From Candidatus Omnitrophota bacterium (lineage in GTDB: Bacteria; Omnitrophota; Gorgyraeia; Zapsychrales; Fredricksoniimonadaceae): DNA of 64,000 nt. The position numbers were made by a program, and so were the translations under genes. The stretch spans positions 14,266 to 78,265 of the forward strand of contig CAIVRE010000029.1 in assembly GCA_903908245.1 (NCBI GenBank), read 5' to 3'. Shown here piece after piece: positions 21,447 to 31,318 of this stretch. The notes beneath the pieces are model-generated. The model did no database searches. It saw only the letters and a list, made by a program, of their open reading frames with translations, and was not told where the DNA came from. Positions within the stretch are counted from its first letter, which is position 1; each line of letters begins with the position of its first letter.

Positions 21447-22336
21447 TTCGCATCCTCCCATTTCGCCTCTTTCAATAAGAATTCCATTACTTTCACCGTA
21501 AGGTTCTCTTCTTTCTCCGGTCTGATATTCTCCTTAAGCGCTATCTTCTGCAGGACCAGGAACGTTTTCACATCCTTCTCGGCCGCCTCCCGGATCTCTT
21601 TCATGGCTTCTTCCACTTTCTTGTCGACGGCATCATCTTTGGCCCCGTACTGCTTCAGGCGGCGCTTGAATTCCTCGATGCGCCCGTAAAGCTGGCGCTC
21701 GACAAGCGACTGCGGAGCGTCAAGCTGGGTCTTCCTGAGCAGTTCTTCCACCAGCTGATTCTCGACGTCCGTCCGGTTCTGGCGCTCTTTATCGTACTCC
21801 AGGTTGCGTTTGAGCGCTGTCTTGAATTCTTCCAGTGTCGGGAACCCCACACTTTTGGCGAAAGCATCATCCAGTACTGCGTTTTCGTCGATCCCGCGGC
21901 CTTTCTTGAAGAACTCCAGCGTTTTATTAAGCTCTTCTTCCGAAACAACGGCATTCTTTTTGGAGATCGAGATCCCTTTGTAATCTTTAATATCGAATTC
22001 CGGGCGGATATCGATCGTGGCACGGAAGACCAACGCCCCGTCTTTCATTTCCACCTGGTCGATCGCCGGGAAATCAATAGGGTCCAGCTTCTCGGACTTG
22101 AGGCCTTCCTGGTAAACCTCGGGAATAAGGCTTTTAAGCATTTCTTCTTTTGCTGTTTTGCCGTGGGCGGTCTCGACCAGGTTCCTGGGAGCCTTGCCCG
22201 GGCGGAAACCGGGGATCCGGGCATGCTTGACAATATCGGAAAGGACCTCGCCGGTCTTTACGGCAACACGTTCCTTAGGGACCTCGAAATTCATTTCACG
22301 CCTTAATGCACCGATTTTCTTGACTGATACTTTCAT
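21443..22336 (-). CDS. tig: Trigger factor lacking the central FKBP-type PPIase domain (N-terminal ribosome-binding domain + C-terminal chaperone arm only)
   Basis: Ribosome-binding signature '[15 protein letters not shown]' near the N-terminus. The C-terminal-arm helices follow after a short linker where the ~100-aa PPIase domain normally sits. ~297 aa. Sits in the tig-clpP arrangement. Confidence 0.75.
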   Translation of the reverse strand: MKVSVKKIGALRREMNFEVPKERVAVKTGEVLSDIVKHARIPGFRPGKAPRNLVETAHGKTAKEEMLKSLIPEVYQEGLKSEKLDPIDFPAIDQVEMKDGALVFRATIDIRPEFDIKDYKGISISKKNAVVSEEELNKTLEFFKKGRGIDENAVLDDAFAKSVGFPTLEEFKTALKRNLEYDKERQNRTDVENQLVEELLRKTQLDAPQSLVERQLYGRIEEFKRRLKQYGAKDDAVDKKVEEAMKEIREAAEKDVKTFLVLQKIALKENIRPEKEENLTVKVMEFLLKEAKWEDAK

Positions 22337-22344
22337 ATACCCTT

Positions 22345-23067
22345 TCACATTGTGAATTTTTCGCCCAAATACACTTTCCTTGCTTTTGGGTCATTGATCA
22401 AATCCTGCGCGGAACCGGCGATCATGATCCGCCCCTCGGCCACCAGATAAGCTCTATCGACGATAGAAAGCGTTTCGCGGACATTATGGTCTGTTAATAA
22501 TATACCCAAACCCCTTTTTTTCAAGTCTTTGATGATCTCCTGCGCTTCCGCCACAACGATCGGATCGATCCCCGAAAAAGGCTCGTCAAGCAGAAGGAAC
22601 GACGGGTTCGTCACCAGTGCGCGCGTGATCTCCAGCCGCCGGCGTTCCCCTCCGGAGAGGGTATACGCCTTGCTCCTGGCCAAATGCGCGATATTGAGTT
22701 CTTCGAGCAGAGACTCGAGCCGCCGCCGACGTTCGCGCAGACCTATATCCAGGGTCTCAAGGACCGCCATGATGTTCTCTTCCACCGTCAGCTTCCGGAA
22801 AATGGACGGCTCCTGGGCAAGATACCCCATCCCCAGGCGGCAGCGCTCATGGATAGGCTTATTGGTAATATCTTCCTGGTCAAAGAATATACTGCCGCGG
22901 TCCGGCCTGACGATCCCGACCGCCATATAAAAAGAGGTCGTTTTCCCCGCGCCATTGGGCCCCAGCAAACCGACGATCTCGGACCGGCCGACGGTCAGGC
23001 TGAGGCCGTTCACGACCGAACGGCCGTTATAGATTTTGACAAGATCTTTGACTTCCAGAAGGTCCAT
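22345..23067 (-). CDS. lptB: LPS export ABC transporter ATP-binding protein LptB
   Basis: Walker A 'GLLGPNGAGKTT', ABC signature 'LSGGERRRLEI', Walker B 'LLLDEP'. Start set at 'MDLLEVKDL'. An upstream in-frame ATG at 23127 is also possible. Confidence 0.85.
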   Translation of the reverse strand: MDLLEVKDLVKIYNGRSVVNGLSLTVGRSEIVGLLGPNGAGKTTSFYMAVGIVRPDRGSIFFDQEDITNKPIHERCRLGMGYLAQEPSIFRKLTVEENIMAVLETLDIGLRERRRRLESLLEELNIAHLARSKAYTLSGGERRRLEITRALVTNPSFLLLDEPFSGIDPIVVAEAQEIIKDLKKRGLGILLTDHNVRETLSIVDRAYLVAEGRIMIAGSAQDLINDPKARKVYLGEKFTM

Positions 23068-23077
23068 AAGGTCTCTT

Positions 23078-23920
23078 TTAGAATTTAAATGCGCTCTTCG
23101 CGTTATTATCACCCGGATCAATAACAAGTTTCGGACGCCCGGTCAGGATCATTTTTTGTTCATCTGCTTTATACACCAGGTTTTCAGAGCGGGTTGTATT
23201 GCCCCCCTGCTGAACTTCCACATTTCCCGTGCAAACGATCTCCTTGATCTTTTTGGTCTGGTCATCGAACAGGACCTCCATGCGGTCCGCCTTGAGTTGA
23301 CGCCCGCTGGCAGGCTCTGTTGCCACCACATTCACCGTAAAGACCGCTGTCATGGTCGTCTGGTCAAGCTCCATGGGGCCATCGGACGTGATCTGGATAC
23401 GGTTATTCTTGTGGGTCGAGCTTTCCGCCATGATATCCGCCATCACATCACTTTTAAGCGTAGCGTCCTTCATCCCTGGATGCGCCTCAAGGCCTATTCC
23501 CTGTACCCTCATGGATTTATCTTCGATCGTCACAGGATCATTGGTGGAGACCAGGTCTTTCTGGCGCTGCCAATCAAGAGTATCGGTCTTCATTACCGAC
23601 CCGCGCTCGGCGGTAATAACGACATCCTGCTGAAGATTCACATCTCCGGTGCTTTTGTTGATCGTCCCGCGTTTGGCGGTAAGGTTCATATCCTCATCAC
23701 CATAAGAATTCGCGTTCACATTTGTTACCGCCACCTGATTCCCGATAATATCGGCCTTGTCTCCTTTAAGGTCCCAGGATTTGTTCCCGTTCTCGGAATA
23801 CCCCTCAAGATTGAACCCTTCGATCTTCTGGGTTATATCCGGAGCGCCCGCGAAGGCCGGCGATACACAAAAAAAAGCGATCAAAAGGGAACAAACGCGA
23901 AAGATCATTGCGGATCCCAT
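23078..23920 (-). CDS. lptA: OstA/LptA-family periplasmic LPS transport protein (size suggests an LptC/LptA-like extended form)
   Basis: Signal peptide 'VCSLLIAFFCVSPAFAG', beta-rich repetitive 'GN.V...G' pattern. Position between kdsC and lptB matches the conserved kdsD-kdsC-lptC-lptA-lptB order. Confidence 0.7.
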   Translation of the reverse strand: MGSAMIFRVCSLLIAFFCVSPAFAGAPDITQKIEGFNLEGYSENGNKSWDLKGDKADIIGNQVAVTNVNANSYGDEDMNLTAKRGTINKSTGDVNLQQDVVITAERGSVMKTDTLDWQRQKDLVSTNDPVTIEDKSMRVQGIGLEAHPGMKDATLKSDVMADIMAESSTHKNNRIQITSDGPMELDQTTMTAVFTVNVVATEPASGRQLKADRMEVLFDDQTKKIKEIVCTGNVEVQQGGNTTRSENLVYKADEQKMILTGRPKLVIDPGDNNAKSAFKF

Positions 23921-24402
23921 TTCCCCTGGGCCTTCAGGACACGCTCAGCCACTTCACGTACCGCACCGCGGCCGCCCTTTTTTTTCGTCACAAAATGCGC
24001 CTGCCGTTTAACATCCGCCGAAGCATTGGCCACAGCCACCGCCAGACCAACGCGCTTGAGGATGGCAATATCAGGAAGGTCATCCCCTATAAAACAAACC
24101 TGGGCATCTGTTACGCCAAACTTTTTAAGCATATCTTCATACGCCCCGACCTTGGGGTATGCATCAAGGTATACCGCGTCGATCTTAAGATCATCGGTCC
24201 GCGCCCTGACAGCACGGCAACTCCGCGCGGAAATGACCGCCGTCTTAAGGCCGGCTTTACGGATACGATTAATGCCGCAGCCATCCTGCACATCAAAGAA
24301 CTTCAGCTCGCGCCCCATCCCGTCATAAACAATACGTCCGTCGGTCAGGACGCCATCCACATCCATCGCCAGAACTTTTATATTCTTCAGTATTTTATTC
24401 AT
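23905..24402 (-). CDS. kdsC: 3-deoxy-D-manno-octulosonate 8-phosphate phosphatase (HAD family)
   Basis: 'LAMDVDGVLTDGRIVY' HAD motif I, 'FIGDDLPD' motif. 165 aa. Confidence 0.85.
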   Translation of the reverse strand: MNKILKNIKVLAMDVDGVLTDGRIVYDGMGRELKFFDVQDGCGINRIRKAGLKTAVISARSCRAVRARTDDLKIDAVYLDAYPKVGAYEDMLKKFGVTDAQVCFIGDDLPDIAILKRVGLAVAVANASADVKRQAHFVTKKKGGRGAVREVAERVLKAQGKWDPQ

Positions 24403-25361
24403 CGCGCCAGCCCCGCCTTCAAAAGGTCCTGAACATCCAGTAATCCAACCAACGCCCCCCGGGCATCGACCACCGGAAGTTCGTCCACTTTTTTCGACAT
24501 CAGGATATCAAAAGCTTCTGCCGCCAGACGGTCTTTGCAAATTGTCAAAGGCCCCCTGGTCATTACCTCGCTGACCTGACGATTAAGCACCCGGGTATCT
24601 TCTTCAATATGCCGGCGGAGATCGCCGTCGGTGAATATCCCCTTGAATTTCTTCTTTCCGTCAAGGACACAGGCGGAACCGCAGCGCGCCTGGGTGATCG
24701 CAAGCAGAACATCCTTAACCAGCATGGTCTCCGGGACCCGGGCAAAATTATTGCCCTGGCGCATAATATCCCCGACAGTCAACACAAGGCTGCGGCCCAG
24801 GCTTCCCCCCGGATGAAAGAACGCGAAATCCTCGCGCTTGAAGTTTTTCCGGTCAATCAGGCACGCGGCCAGCGCATCCCCCATGGCCAGCGTTGCCGTG
24901 GTCGATGCCATAGGCGCCAGTCCCAAAGGACAGCCTTCTTTCTTGACCCCGACATTGATCACCAGGTCGCAATGTTTTGCCAAAGAGGAACTCGCCCCTC
25001 CTGTCATGGCAACAGTCTTGCACCCGATCTTTTTCAGCAATGGCAAAAGTCGTACTGTTTCCTCGGTCTCGCCGCTGGAGGAGATCAGGACAACAACATC
25101 CGCACGGGTGACCTGCCCCAAGTCTCCGTGGACCGCTTCCGCGCTGTGCATATAGATGCTCGGTGTTCCGGTAGATGATAGCGTCGCCGAGATCTTGCGC
25201 GCCACGATCCCGGTCTTCCCCATTCCTGCAATGACCACGCGCCCCTCGCAGGAAGCCATAATATCCACGGCCGCCGTAAAATTATCATCAAGGTTCCCTG
25301 TCAGGGCCTTGACCGCCGCGGCTTCTATCTCCAGGACTTCTTTGGCTCTTTTTAGCAGCAT
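24399..25361 (-). CDS. kdsD: Arabinose-5-phosphate isomerase (SIS + tandem CBS)
   Basis: SIS domain 'GRVVIAGMGKTGIVARKISATLSSTGTPS', and C-terminal CBS pairs. 320 aa. Confidence 0.9.
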   Translation of the reverse strand: MLLKRAKEVLEIEAAAVKALTGNLDDNFTAAVDIMASCEGRVVIAGMGKTGIVARKISATLSSTGTPSIYMHSAEAVHGDLGQVTRADVVVLISSSGETEETVRLLPLLKKIGCKTVAMTGGASSSLAKHCDLVINVGVKKEGCPLGLAPMASTTATLAMGDALAACLIDRKNFKREDFAFFHPGGSLGRSLVLTVGDIMRQGNNFARVPETMLVKDVLLAITQARCGSACVLDGKKKFKGIFTDGDLRRHIEEDTRVLNRQVSEVMTRGPLTICKDRLAAEAFDILMSKKVDELPVVDARGALVGLLDVQDLLKAGLAR

Positions 25362-26191
25362 GATCCCGATCCCTTCACAAGACAGTCAATATGGAGCATC
25401 ATCTCAAGCAATGGTTCCAGCCTGGCAATGGGAAGCATATTCGGCCCGTCCGAAAGCGATCGGGCAGGGTCCGTATGTGTTTCCATAAAGACCGCATCGA
25501 CCCCTGCTGCAACTCCGCAGCGTGCCAAAAGCGGAATGAACTCGCTGCGGCCGCCGGTCTTGTCCCCCAGCCCACCCGGCTGCTGAACACTATGGGTCAC
25601 ATCATATACGACCGGATAGCCGATATCCCGCATGATCTGGAAAGCCGTAAAATCCGTAACAAGATTATTGTACCCGAAAGAAACTCCCCGCTCAGTCAAC
25701 AAAATACGTTTGTTCCCGGTACTTTCAAGCTTCCTGACCAGCGAGCGCATGTCCCATGGCGCAAGGAACTGGCCTTTCTTCACATTGACCACTTTACCGG
25801 TCTGGGCCGCCGCGATCAGCAGGTCGGTCTGGCGGCATAAAAATGCCGGGATCTGAATGATGTCCAGGACTTTAGCAGCCGCATCGATCTGAGAAATGTC
25901 GTGGACATCGCTGACGACCGGGATCCCCAGACGCTCTTTGACCTCGAGGAGGATATCAAGCCCTTCGCTGATCCCCGGCCCGCGATAGGAATCAACAGAC
26001 GTGCGATTGGCTTTATCGAAACTGGCCTTAAAAACATACGGGATCTTCAGCCGCTTAACGATCTTGACAAGATCACTCGCCATCTTGAGCGTACTTTTGC
26101 GGCTCTCGATCACGCAAGGCCCGGCAATAAGCACAAAAGGCCTGCCGCCACCGATCTTAAGGCCATTGATATCAATTGTTCGTGTTTTCAT
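25352..26191 (-). CDS. kdsA: 3-deoxy-8-phosphooctulonate synthase
   Basis: 'FVLIAGPCVIES' and 'KASFDKANRTS' motifs. Start placed at 'MKTRTIDING'. Overlaps the kdsB stop. Confidence 0.9.
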   Translation of the reverse strand: MKTRTIDINGLKIGGGRPFVLIAGPCVIESRKSTLKMASDLVKIVKRLKIPYVFKASFDKANRTSVDSYRGPGISEGLDILLEVKERLGIPVVSDVHDISQIDAAAKVLDIIQIPAFLCRQTDLLIAAAQTGKVVNVKKGQFLAPWDMRSLVRKLESTGNKRILLTERGVSFGYNNLVTDFTAFQIMRDIGYPVVYDVTHSVQQPGGLGDKTGGRSEFIPLLARCGVAAGVDAVFMETHTDPARSLSDGPNMLPIARLEPLLEMMLHIDCLVKGSGSCC

Positions 26192-26912
26192 AATGTTTTT
26201 TCGCTTTAGCAAGATCCTCCGGCGTATCAACGCCGATGGCCTCGATATCCGTTTCAACGGTCTTGATCCTGTGCCCGGCCTCGAGCACCCTTAACTGTTC
26301 CAGACATTCTTCCTGTTCCAGAAACGATTTTGACCATGTGCAAAAAGAAAGCAGGAATTCCCGGCGGTACGCGTAGATCCCCAAATGCCTGAAATAACGG
26401 GAATAATCCATGGGCCCCCCGTCACGATGGTAAGGGACCGGTGCCCGTGAAAAATACAATGCGTTCTTGTTCTGGTCTATAACGACCTTGACCATATTTG
26501 GATTAAGAAAATCCTCTTTTTTCGCAAAAGGCTTGATCACCGTCGCCATTGCCGAAGAGGGGTCCTTCTGTAAAGCGATCACCAAAGCATCAATGAGCAG
26601 AGGGTCAATGAACGGCTCGTCCCCCTGGATATTCACCACAATATCCACGGGACGATCAGCGATCGCCTCCGCCACACGATCTGATCCGGAAGGATGATCT
26701 TTGCGGGTCATCACCGCATTTGCGCCAAAGGCCCTGGCAGCGTCATACACATGTTGCTCATCACATGCCACGATCACATCATCGAGTTCAACCGCCCGCC
26801 CGGCCTTCTCCCAGACATGCTGCAACATCGGTTTTCCACCGATATCCGCCAGGATCTTTCCCGGAAAACGCGTTGATGCCCAGCGCGCGGGAATAACACC
26901 AACCGCGCTCAT
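26172..26912 (-). CDS. kdsB: 3-deoxy-manno-octulosonate cytidylyltransferase (CMP-Kdo synthetase)
   Basis: 'VIPARWASTRFPGK', 'NIQGDEP'. 246 aa. Confidence 0.9.
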   Translation of the reverse strand: MSAVGVIPARWASTRFPGKILADIGGKPMLQHVWEKAGRAVELDDVIVACDEQHVYDAARAFGANAVMTRKDHPSGSDRVAEAIADRPVDIVVNIQGDEPFIDPLLIDALVIALQKDPSSAMATVIKPFAKKEDFLNPNMVKVVIDQNKNALYFSRAPVPYHRDGGPMDYSRYFRHLGIYAYRREFLLSFCTWSKSFLEQEECLEQLRVLEAGHRIKTVETDIEAIGVDTPEDLAKAKKHYENTNN

Positions 26913-27934
26913 TTATGCTCCTTCAAAGACCTGACCAGTTCATCAAGGGTTACAGAGGCGGCGCCAACCTTGGCCACCACAATACCCGCCGCATGATTGG
27001 CGATATCAGCGGCATCCATCTTTTTGGCTCCCGCGGCCAGAGCTAATGTAAAAACAGAGATAACAGTATCCCCTGCACCGGAAACATCAAAGACCTCCTG
27101 CGCGCGCGTCGGGATATGCAGGGGCTCCTTGCCTTCCTCGAACAAACACATCCCGTCCTCGCCCAACGTGATCAAAAGCGAATCGATCCCGAGATAGTTC
27201 AATAATCCCATACCCGATTTCTTGACGGTGTCCAAAGAGCCAAGACGGGTCTGCAATATCCCGAAAGCCCTGCGCGTATCCGGCTCCAGGCTTCTTAAAG
27301 CGTTCTCGGCTTCCTTGCGGTTGGGGGTGATCGAGGAGACATGTCCATAGAATTTCAGATGTTCCACCTTCGGGTCGACCACGATCGGGATCCTAGCCTT
27401 GCGCGCCAGGGCCGTCAGGTCATCGACCAGCGGCGGTTGAACGATCCCCTTGCCATAATCGGAAACGATCACTCCGTCAAAATCCGTAAAATGTTTATGA
27501 ATGAACGGGGCGATCTTTTCATCGTAAAACCTGCCATCAGAATCATCCACGACCTTCTCACGGTCGATCCGCACCACCTGCTGCTGATGCGCCACAACAC
27601 GCGTTTTGAGGATCGTATGCACGCGGCTGTCCGACATGATCCCCGACGTGCGGATCTTGCGTTCTTTCAGGACATTCTTGAGCAGATCCCCCTCGATATC
27701 CGGGCCGATACGGCCAACCACGGTCACCTTTGCCCCAAGGCTGCGGAGGTTATTGGCCACATTCGCGGCCCCACCTGGAGTATAAAACTCCTCCTGTTGC
27801 AGCAGAATAGGGACAGGCGCCTCCGGTGAGATACGGTCAACCGTTCCTTTGATATATTGATCAAGGATGAGGTCTCCGACCACCAGGATATGACGATTCC
27901 TGAAATTAGAAAGGATATGTGTATATTTAGTCAT
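26909..27934 (-). CDS. hldA: D-glycero-beta-D-manno-heptose-7-phosphate kinase (RfaE/HldE domain I only)
   Basis: Aligns along its length with the E. coli HldE N-terminal domain: 'ILVVGDLILDQY', 'ISPEAPVP', 'GGAANVANN', 'DVSGAGDTVI'. The adenylyltransferase domain II is absent from this ORF. Confidence 0.85.
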   Translation of the reverse strand: MTKYTHILSNFRNRHILVVGDLILDQYIKGTVDRISPEAPVPILLQQEEFYTPGGAANVANNLRSLGAKVTVVGRIGPDIEGDLLKNVLKERKIRTSGIMSDSRVHTILKTRVVAHQQQVVRIDREKVVDDSDGRFYDEKIAPFIHKHFTDFDGVIVSDYGKGIVQPPLVDDLTALARKARIPIVVDPKVEHLKFYGHVSSITPNRKEAENALRSLEPDTRRAFGILQTRLGSLDTVKKSGMGLLNYLGIDSLLITLGEDGMCLFEEGKEPLHIPTRAQEVFDVSGAGDTVISVFTLALAAGAKKMDAADIANHAAGIVVAKVGAASVTLDELVRSLKEHK

Positions 27935-28004
27935 ATATATTATTATAAAGCTAAAAAAGAAGGTTTATGTTAACACAGTTCGAAAAGGCTGTCAAACTTA
28001 AGCC

Positions 28005-29018
28005 TTAGAACTTATTGGCAAGGAGCCTGGCCGCGGCATCAAAGACCTCATCAGGCGTAATGGAATCATACCGGCCGCTCAAGACATGATTGTCCGGACC
28101 GACCACGATCTCTTCCCCCGGCTTGTTAAGCAAAAGGACCGCATTGGCACTTAAAGGCTTCCACCGCTCAGGGTTGATCCCCGGCTGTTTTCTTAAGAAC
28201 AAGGAAATGACCGGAGTTCCGGTCGCTGCAGCCAAATGGACCGGCCCCGAATCATTTGAGATCAAAAGCGAGCAGCGTTTAATAAAAGCCACCAGTTGGG
28301 CCAGAGAGAACTGCCCTGTAAGGTCGATCCCGGGGATGCGGGCGGCAAACGGCCTGGTGGTCGGGCCGCCAACGATCACGACCCTCGCGTTCAACTCGCG
28401 GCTAAGCCTGGCCGAAACAAGGGCAAACGAATCCACGGGCCAATGCCTTGTTGGACAACTGGCGTCGGGATGCAATGCGACCAAAGGGCCTAACCCTGCA
28501 AGCTCACGGACAATCCGGTCAGCCCACTTATCCGCCGCCTGGTTAAAGCCCAATTCAAGGCGAGGATCGGCATTCTCCACTCCGACCATTTTCAAAAGAT
28601 CCAGGCAATAATCCAGTTCATGTTTGATCCCGAAATGACGCTCATCTTTAACAGGATGTGTCAGAAAGAACCCGCATTTGCTGTTAAGATACCCTAACCG
28701 TACCGGTACACCGGCAAGAAAACAAGCCAGATTGGTCTTTTGTTTTGTATGAAAGATCACCGCCAGGTCAAAACGCGAACGGCGCAAGCGTGCGATGAGC
28801 CCCAGATAACCGATCCAGCCCAGATTCGCCTCCTGGACAATAACTTCATCAATGAACGGTAATCCGTCAACAAGATCACGGGTGGATGCACTGATCCAGA
28901 CAGAAAGACGCGCCCCGGGATATTTTGTTTTTAACGCACGCATGGCCGGAATGGTCAGGACCATATCTCCCATACGGTCCGTACGGACAACGAGGATGTT
29001 CCTGAAACCAGGTATCAT
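28005..29018 (-). CDS. ADP-heptose:LPS heptosyltransferase (GT9)
   Basis: 'ILVVRTDRMGDMVLTIPAMRALK' N-terminal GT9 signature, C-terminal 'DSGPVHLAAA'. 337 aa. Confidence 0.8.
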   Translation of the reverse strand: MIPGFRNILVVRTDRMGDMVLTIPAMRALKTKYPGARLSVWISASTRDLVDGLPFIDEVIVQEANLGWIGYLGLIARLRRSRFDLAVIFHTKQKTNLACFLAGVPVRLGYLNSKCGFFLTHPVKDERHFGIKHELDYCLDLLKMVGVENADPRLELGFNQAADKWADRIVRELAGLGPLVALHPDASCPTRHWPVDSFALVSARLSRELNARVVIVGGPTTRPFAARIPGIDLTGQFSLAQLVAFIKRCSLLISNDSGPVHLAAATGTPVISLFLRKQPGINPERWKPLSANAVLLLNKPGEEIVVGPDNHVLSGRYDSITPDEVFDAAARLLANKF

Positions 29019-29944
29019 GTCAACTCCCCGGAAACAGCGTCAACGACCATTCTCGGGGACAGATCCGCCATACGGCCTGAAGGGCTCCTTAACCAGCGAG
29101 AATTCTTCCCCCATGGCCCGTACAGATCCGGATCCGTCGGCCCGAACAGCGCGACGGTCGGTATATCCAGATAACTCGCCAGATGCATAACACCGCTGTC
29201 ATTGACAACCGCCAGCCTGGCTTTACTTACAACATACGCCAGCTCTTTCAATGATGTTTTCCCGCAAAGGTCCAGAACGCCTGAAGAGATATCCTTAAGG
29301 ACCAGCTCGGCGGACTTCGCATCCTTCCGATCCCCTGCTATAACCACCGGCACATTCACTTCATTGATCAAATATCGAACAACCTGTGCAAAGCCATCCG
29401 GCGTCCATTGCTTTCTGGCATCAGCCGCCCCGGGAGCGACCAGGACAAATCCCCTTATCCCTTTTAATAAAGCGAGCGCCGATTCTTCTTCCCCCTTCAC
29501 GCTATGCAAAACATGCCGGTCACGGGCAAGAGGGATATCTTTAAGCACTGTCCGAAGGCGGCGCAAATGCCTGTCCCGCATATGCCCCGTTCTTTCACCG
29601 GAAAAGACCGGATAGGTGCGGCGGCGTGAACGGACCATGAACGGCAACATGGAATTGCGCATATCCACCACAAGATCGAACTTTTCGCGGCGCAAATCCG
29701 CCAGCCAGCGGACCTTGGCTCTGATCCCTGCCTGTTTTTCAAGAATATACACTTTTTTTACCCTCGGATTCCCCTCAAAAAAGAATTTAGCCTTGGGAGA
29801 AACCACCACCGCAAAAAGCGCGTCCGGATAAGCTTCACAAAGGGCATCAAAGACCGGAAAAGTAAGGATGACATCCCCGATATTGCTCAGCGAAATAAAG
29901 AGGATCGTCCTGACTTTCAAAGGTTTAAAGAACCTTGATAACAT
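29015..29944 (-). CDS. ADP-heptose:LPS heptosyltransferase (GT9)
   Basis: 'ILFISLSNIGDVILTFPVFDAL', C-terminal 'NDSGVMHLAS'. 309 aa. Confidence 0.8.
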   Translation of the reverse strand: MLSRFFKPLKVRTILFISLSNIGDVILTFPVFDALCEAYPDALFAVVVSPKAKFFFEGNPRVKKVYILEKQAGIRAKVRWLADLRREKFDLVVDMRNSMLPFMVRSRRRTYPVFSGERTGHMRDRHLRRLRTVLKDIPLARDRHVLHSVKGEEESALALLKGIRGFVLVAPGAADARKQWTPDGFAQVVRYLINEVNVPVVIAGDRKDAKSAELVLKDISSGVLDLCGKTSLKELAYVVSKARLAVVNDSGVMHLASYLDIPTVALFGPTDPDLYGPWGKNSRWLRSPSGRMADLSPRMVVDAVSGELT

Positions 29945-30926
29945 CCGCCACCTCCACGGCTTTCATGCAACGATTATCCGGACATTCCAAATAATAACAG
30001 GGAGATCTGTTGCACCCCACATCTTTCATGATGACCGTCGATATCCCCCGGCCGCGCGGCCCTGTGATGAGCGGAGCGGTCGGCCCAAAGATCGCCACCG
30101 TCCTGACCCCCAACGCCGAAGCCAGATGCAAAGGCCCCGAGTCCGCGGAGATCACCACTTTCGACATAAAGAAAACGGCCGCTGTTCCTTCTATGTCGGT
30201 CACTCCCGCCAGCTCGATCGGACCAACGCCAGACAACGCTGCAATGCGCGTTACGCGGTCCACATCCCCTGCCGCACCCGTAAGCACGACTTTCATTCCT
30301 CTTTCCCGGCTGATGCGACGAGCCAGATCCGCAAAACGCCCGGGCGGCCATTGTTTCAGATCCCAATTCCCTCCGGTATTCAATACACAAAAGGGCTCGT
30401 CAGGCTCAATGCCCCGGGTAAGTAAAAGCCGCTCGGCCAGGGAAACACTTTCCGCTTTTAATGCCAAGCAACAGGAACGGTCCCTGACCGTCATCCCGAA
30501 GCGCTCCAGCAAAGCCAGATAGGCGTCGCTACGATGTATCTGCTCCAGCCCCGAATCACTGACAGGATGATTAACGATCCCAAAGACGTTTTTTGACCCG
30601 AACCCGACCCTGACAGGGATCCCCGCCAGAAAAGTCAGTAAAGCGCGTGAGAACGAAGGCCTAAGAAGAAACACAGCGTCAAACTTGCGTTCGCGTAACA
30701 TCAGGGCCAACCGCCATTTATCAAGCAAAGGACGGTCATCACCGTCCTCATCATAAACGATAATATCATCAATAAAAGGACAAAGCTCAAGAACAGCTTT
30801 AACGCGAGGGACGGCCATAGCCGTTACCCGGGCACCGGGATGATTTTCTTTAATATTCTTGTAAACAGGCGTGGAAAAAACAGCATCCCCCAGCCAATTT
30901 ACAGAAACAACAAGGATATTCTTCAT
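29925..30926 (-). CDS. ADP-heptose:LPS heptosyltransferase (GT9, WaaC-like)
   Basis: 'ILVVSVNWLGDAVFSTPVYKNIK', C-terminal 'ADSGPLHLASALG'. 333 aa. Confidence 0.8.
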   Translation of the reverse strand: MKNILVVSVNWLGDAVFSTPVYKNIKENHPGARVTAMAVPRVKAVLELCPFIDDIIVYDEDGDDRPLLDKWRLALMLRERKFDAVFLLRPSFSRALLTFLAGIPVRVGFGSKNVFGIVNHPVSDSGLEQIHRSDAYLALLERFGMTVRDRSCCLALKAESVSLAERLLLTRGIEPDEPFCVLNTGGNWDLKQWPPGRFADLARRISRERGMKVVLTGAAGDVDRVTRIAALSGVGPIELAGVTDIEGTAAVFFMSKVVISADSGPLHLASALGVRTVAIFGPTAPLITGPRGRGISTVIMKDVGCNRSPCYYLECPDNRCMKAVEVADVIKVL

Positions 30927-31297
30927 GCCAGGCCCTTTCTGTCCGCTGCTTTGATAAGTTCCAGCAGAACGTCCGGCTGGAACGGCTTGGCGATGAACAC
31001 ATGCGCGCCCAGGTCCAGCGAAAGTTTTTCATGTTCATCACGATATGCCGACATCATACAGACCCTGCTCTCCGGAACGGTTGTGCGTACCCGGGCGAGA
31101 ACATCCATGCCCGTGCCCTGGGAATCCGCGCCCAGGCTGATATCCAGGACAACAAAGTCCGGCCTGTATTGTTCAATATATTCAACCGCATCCTGGGACG
31201 TATGCACGACCGCCGTTTCCGGGAATCCGCAACGTTTCAGATACCTGACATAAAGATCGGCGATCTCGACCTCATCGTCAACAAGAAGTATCCTCAT
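30923..31297 (-). CDS. Single-domain response regulator (CheY-like receiver, no output domain)
   Basis: 124 aa. Acid pocket 'LLVDDE', phospho-acceptor 'VVLDISL', 'MMSA', and conserved Lys 'FIAKP'. 4-nt overlap with the upstream GT9 gene; sits inside the LPS core operon. Confidence 0.8.
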   Translation of the reverse strand: MRILLVDDEVEIADLYVRYLKRCGFPETAVVHTSQDAVEYIEQYRPDFVVLDISLGADSQGTGMDVLARVRTTVPESRVCMMSAYRDEHEKLSLDLGAHVFIAKPFQPDVLLELIKAADRKGLA

Positions 31298-31318
31298 CCT
31301 TTGTCCACTCCTCTGAAA

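Noticed and set aside
23036-24328. 430-aa ORF on the + strand
   Set aside because: Lies entirely antisense to lptA and kdsC. Its translation is Arg/His/Cys-rich with no domain-like pattern. It looks like a GC-rich antisense artefact.
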